Program-made: the position numbers and the translations under genes
Notes under the pieces: generated by a model
Told to the model about the DNA's origin: nothing
The model's database searches: none
What the model saw: only the letters and a program-made list of their open reading frames with translations
Part shown: positions 55,001-61,000 of the stretch, one piece after another
How positions within the stretch are numbered: the first letter of the stretch is position 1
How the letters are laid out: the number at the start of each line of letters is the position of its first letter
From: Candidatus Omnitrophota bacterium
GTDB taxonomy: Bacteria > Omnitrophota > Gorgyraeia > Tantalellales > Tantalellaceae
Length of the DNA stretch: 64,000 nt
Assembly: GCA_035403965.1 (NCBI GenBank)
Contig: DAONGE010000001.1
Location: 11,475-75,474, forward strand
Direction of reading: 5' to 3'

Positions 55001-58000
55001 TTCTCACGAGTGTCACGGAAACTGGTATCAAGTTGTTCAAAATGGTTGCCCCGGAAACTCCCAGAAGCATAGCCGAGTTTATGGAACTGACGGAAAGAGT
55101 TAAAAAGGCATTGGGTGGTTTGTCTGATGAAGAAAGAGAGATAGCGAAAGAATTGATGAACACGGGATCGGCTGAAGATGCTGCAATAAAAGGATTTGAC
55201 AGGAAAGAAATAGAAAAGGTAATGGAAAAACTCAGAGTAGCTTTTGCCGACATGAGAAATGGAACAAGAGGTTCCGCGCCCGCGGTTCTTCTGATAGGTG
55301 GTTCGACGTTGATGAAAGCAGGAGAAGCGCCTGATAAAGAAAAAAGCCTCGTAGGCATTGATCCGACTTGGGATAAAGAAAAGACAATAAAATATTTAGA
55401 ATCCCTGATTCAGAAAACGGAATTAGAAGAAAAAGACATAGAATTTCTAAAGACCTTAACGGAATTTTTACAATGTAAGGATAATAGCCTGATTAGTTTT
55501 ATAAATCAGAATGGACGACTGGACATAGCGGCGAATATTGATTCAATAAACGTTTTAAAATATTTGGTTATAAATTTTGACCCAACTGTTTTTGATGTGT
55601 CGCAGTCTGAAGAAATGTCAAGGCGTTATAAAGAAATAGCCCGACATATGTCTACTGGAGCGTATGAGCATCAGTTGTCACATTGCCAGAGGACTTTTGA
55701 GGTGCTAAAGGAGCTGTGGAGCAGTCTGGAGAAAAAGGGAATAAAAAACACAGAACTTGAAAATCTTGTTGCGGCGGGCAGAAATATCGAAGCAGATTTT
55801 ATGTTGCTTAGACATGCTCTTGGAAATTATGAATATTTCAAAGATGGGATCTTGTCCATATGGATCATAAATCTTGCAAGACGGGAGATTTATAGGATAT
55901 TCAAATTTAATCAGGAGGCTTTAGAATTTTTAAGGAAGTATTTGAACGAAGGAGAACAATACGATGATCGGGATGAGGGGGAGTGGGAAAAATACTTTAT
56001 AAGTTTTGCTGAATTTGGGCTGGGTGAAGCCGCAGGTTTTATTCTAGACATAGATCAGTGGAAGAAACAAGGGTTGGATTCTTATTTAGGGAAAAGTACT
56101 ATAGGAGATCTAGTTAGTTTATTTGAATCCGCTGTAATTAAAAAAGCCGGTCATGATTTTAAATTTTCATCCTATGAGGAAACGGATATCAATGAGCTTG
56201 ATACAGTTGGTATATCTATAACAGACCTGGAATATGTGGCAGAAAATCTTGCTGATAACTCTTGCGGGGCCAAGGACACATCGAGACCATTTAAGATAAA
56301 TTTAAAATTTTCAAATGAGATACGTAATAGACAAAAATATGTTCGCATTGAATTTACAGATACCGGAAAAGGTATGGCACCAGAAGTTTTAGCCAGCGTG
56401 AGATCGGGCGGAGGTTTTACGACAAAAGGTGCTTTTGGACATGGCAAGGGTATTCCTATAGTCTTTGAGATAATAAAGAATGGCGGAGGTTTTTTAGAGA
56501 TCGAATCTGAAGAAGGCAAAGGAACAACTTTTATAATAGGTATCCCGATAACAGTTTCATATGGGACTGTTTTAGGAGAGACAGGAGTAACCGGGACACT
56601 TCCCGCTTCAGATCCGGAAACGTCCCAAGGTGGAAAAACTGCTTCTGCGGTTATTTTTGCGGGTGGGTCGACATTAATCGGAAATATTTTTATCGCTCTT
56701 TACAGCTATTTGTATTTATCCGTTCAAAAAGACGCAATAGTGGATTTTCTTTATGAAAAAAGCCGGATGAAGAAATGGTATTCAGGTCTTGCCCGCCATT
56801 TAGCCCGCTTTTTTGATTTTATTCTTTTAGACATGACGCAATCCGCCGCCACAAGATACCTTGCCAAATCTTTGCTTATGGGCCCGGGGCTTACGATACG
56901 GCCGGTAGAACCAGATGTGGACAGGTCTGAGAGGGAAAACGGGGACAGGTCTGGGATTGATTCCGGGACAGGTCTGGGATCAGATTTGGAAACGTCCCCA
57001 TATGTACCCGGGGCTGTCCCCAAAGTGCCAAGCTTTATGTTAAGCGCGAGAGACATTTTTGAAAGTATTTCGCGGATGAGGGACGATATCACGGATGCCG
57101 CGATGATTGATGAGATCGGAGTAAAAGAAGGCGACAGGATTTTATGCGTTGGGATAGGGTCGTATTGTAATTGTCCGGTTGCCGGGGCGATAAAAGGCGC
57201 CAATGTGGATATTGTTCAGCCGTCTTCATATGAAGGGGTCGAACAGACCCGCGAGCTAATAAAAGCGATAGATATTCTGAGACAGAAGATAATTTCCAAA
57301 TATGGAACGGATCTTATCGGGGAGAGGATCGATACCGAAAGTTATCGAGGCATGGCCGAAGAAGTTGATCTCCATAATAGGACTTATACTGTCGCGATAC
57401 TCCCAAATATTCTGGATGACCCGGCGCGGTCTAAAAATAAGCAAAGCGCAAAATTAAGGGACGTTATATTGAACTCTCTTAGTGACGAAGCCACTATCTT
57501 AATTTCCGTGTTAGGCGGACGGACGGACGAATACGCGTTCGCTTTTGCGGATTACGCCAGAGGTAAAGGATACAAAGTTGAAGTGGGAAGCAAATATACT
57601 TCGGATAATGTTTACAGGGTTCTAAAAGTGACAAGGGTAAATGCGGAATTAGAAAAAGAGAAGGGACCGGAAGTAAGCCTTGAGCGCGAGAGAAAACTAA
57701 AACGCATAACGCGGTTGGTCGAAAATTATTTCGACGATTGGGCAAAGAGTGAATGGCGCGAAATTTTAGATATATTGAATTATTTGGGAGAAAAGGGATC
57801 CATAAGCCCGTCTCAGAAAGAGGAGATATTCGAGAAAATAAAAGTGTTGGTCGAGAATATTTTCAGCCCAAACAAGATTCCGAGAGAATTCTTTGATTAT
57901 GAGGGAGAGGAAAACGTTGCTAAACTTATTGATTTCATGATGAACATAAAAGATGAACATCTCGGAAGCTTAAGATCCTTAAGGGAAGACCTTGTAAAGA

Positions 58001-61000
58001 TCATTCCTCACGATCATATGCTTGTTTCGTCGCTGGACGGATTGATTGAGAAAGTTGAAAAATTATTTAATGAAGTCGAATCCGTGCGTAAGGAAATATT
58101 CTTATCAGGTATGCCTTCCGAAGGGGGACCGTACAATAAAGCCCCGGCTATTTTTTCCCTGGGCGCATCGACCTTAGCGGGAAACATCTTTCTGGGAGTT
58201 TTTACGTACTTATATTTATCCGCCCAGAAACAGGCGATAGTGGATTTTCTGTATGAAAAAAGCCGGATGAAAAAATGGTATTCAGGTCTTGCCCGCCATT
58301 TAGCCCGCTTTTTCGATTCGATTCTTTTAGACATGACACGATACGCTGCCACAAGATACCTTGCGAAATCCCTGCTTAACGGTCCGGCGGATATGATACG
58401 GCCGGTTGACGGGCCGTTATTCCCCGGGTTCCCTGATGGGGAAAAAGGCAGAAATTATCAAGGGATAGATGTAATTGCCCGGTTACAGATCCTTGCCGGA
58501 GGCAATGATAGTGAGGGGCTGGTAAGAGAGTTGAATAAAATCGGGCCTGACAGGGTGCGTAATCTTATGGGTTCCGGGGATACGTCAAGATCCACCGGTT
58601 TTATGATACTTATGGCGCAGATATGTGAGATCTTGGTGAAGAGTGGCGATTTGACTCGGCTGAATAATGAAGTACGGCGTATCGTTGAACAAAAAGAACG
58701 CGACTTCGCAAGGGACGCAATAGTTGTTTCATTAGAAAGAGCGTCGGAAAAGCAATCGGCTACTTATTCGGATCCCCGCCGATCGGCGCGGCGTGACGGC
58801 AAAACCAGTGTGACGCGGCGAACTCAAGGCGAAGGAGAGAGCTCTTCACCGCCTGCGGCACCTCGCGATGACTTGGGATCGGGAGCGTCCCCGGGTGATG
58901 CGGAACGGGAAGAGTTTTTGAGAAAAAATAATTCCGCGTTTTCCCAGATGATGGATGTATTAGATGATTATCACCATGAACGGAGCATAACCAGATATTT
59001 TCTTGCAGGTAGCATGTCCCGCGGGACTTTTGGTGTTCCGCCGAAAGATATGGATATAGCGGTTTCCTTCAGGCTATCCCGTCAGGCGGAAGAAGTGGAT
59101 GTATATCAACGTCTTTACGAAGAAATCGAAACTATCTCGAAAGAGACAGGTATAAGTTTTCATATTATTCCTTTACCGATAGGCCATGTGTTCAATATAA
59201 CGGACAATTCGATAGAACCTACCGGGGAAGTCCTGGGGGGGAGTTATCGTCCGGCTATGGCATCATTGATAAACCCCGTGGATTATAGACTTATTGAAAT
59301 AAGCCGTGCGTACAGAGAAACGGCCGGAGCCGATTTCTTTGCGCAATTATTCTTAAAAATTAAAACATATAATGAAAATGTCCCTCGCGATGACGATCGT
59401 GCCACCCAAGGCGCGGCTGAGAAAAATATCAATGGTTCAGAAACGCTGTTCCCCGGCGCCGGCCCCGGAGCGGCGAGCCTTAACGGCCCGGAATTCACAC
59501 GTAAAATAAAAGTCAGGGCGCCGCGATTTTTGGCGGGGTGGACCAGAGGCCGCGTGGAAAAGGCCATAACTACAGGCCTTACCTATGATGAAGCCGTAGC
59601 GTGGCGTGAATGGAAGTTACGAACGAATAAACGTTTTCCATCGGGGTTCTGGCAATCGAGACAGACAGTTATTAATTACACGCTGGCTACGTTGGATAGT
59701 ATCTCGGGGTTTAAACAGGCAAGGGAGAGCGGCGATATCTCCACAACGGCCAAATTGTTGCGTTCGGAATTAAAAAGATACAATCTTGGTTATAAGAAAT
59801 TTTTCGTAGAGCGTGGGCGGATGAACGCTTTACTGGATAATAATTACGATGGGATACTTTCCGAACCTAATAGGGTATCATCGCTTATCGGACTTGCCGT
59901 GCCGGGACTGATAGATATGAAAAATAAGGACGCGATAAGTCCTGTCGAAGTAGAACCTAATTATTGGGAAAATGAGGAAAACGCCAGATATCATATCCTT
60001 GCGGCTTTGGATAACGGTGTGCCGGGTTTTGCCGATGCCCGCGCCAGACACGATATTAAAGCTATGGCGGGGTTATATCGTGAATATGTTATGGGATATG
60101 GATCAAAAACCGGAAAATATGATGACGGTCAGGTCGCGTTCTTTTGCGAAGTGGGAGAGCTTTTAGGGCTTATAAGCCATGAGAGAAAATATCTGGATAA
60201 AAAGGGAAGCCCGGCGGCTGTTTTACGTTTTGCCATACCGGAGCTTGTTGATCAGAACGATCCCGACGCCATAAGGTTGACTGACGTCGAAAGAAAAGTC
60301 GCGGTAGTGGGTTCTGACAGGAAATATGAAGAAAAATTGATGGAGTATATAATCAAACATTCGGTGGATGGTCGTAGCGGGAAAGAATTATACGAGAATA
60401 ATCCCATGTTAAGTTCCCAGCTTAGTTATGAAGAACGCGCGGATATTTACCGGGCTATACTTTCACGGGATACGCTGAAGCCGTGGGAATGGGCGGCTTG
60501 CGCGTATATATGGTGTTGTGAAGCCAGGGACAGGTTCTTGGCTTCAGACATACTGGAAAACCCGTTAACTATCGAAGAATGTCATGGCGATAAAAAAGTG
60601 AACAAGGTGATACATGATCTTATATTCAACCATAAATTTCGGATAGACTCCGGGAATACTGAGACCCTATTTGGCGTGTTATTCTCCTCGTCTTTAAGAG
60701 TGCATAATATGCCCGAAGGGGTTGGGCCGGACGTCGTATACGCCAATATTCAAAGGGCAAGGGGTTTGGTCCAGGGAGAGAGCGATCATATCATGGATTT
60801 GCGGGCGTATGCCGGATCACATCTATGGTTCACGTCCCCGGCTATGTTGGATCTTTTTTATGGAGCGGATGGGATAGGTGGAGAGGCATATGCGAACGCC
60901 AGGACTATTATCCCCAGAGAGATATTCACCCCTGAGCTTATGGCGCGCTTCAATGAGATATACGCATCGTGTATTTATCGGATCGAAATGCTGAACGGTA

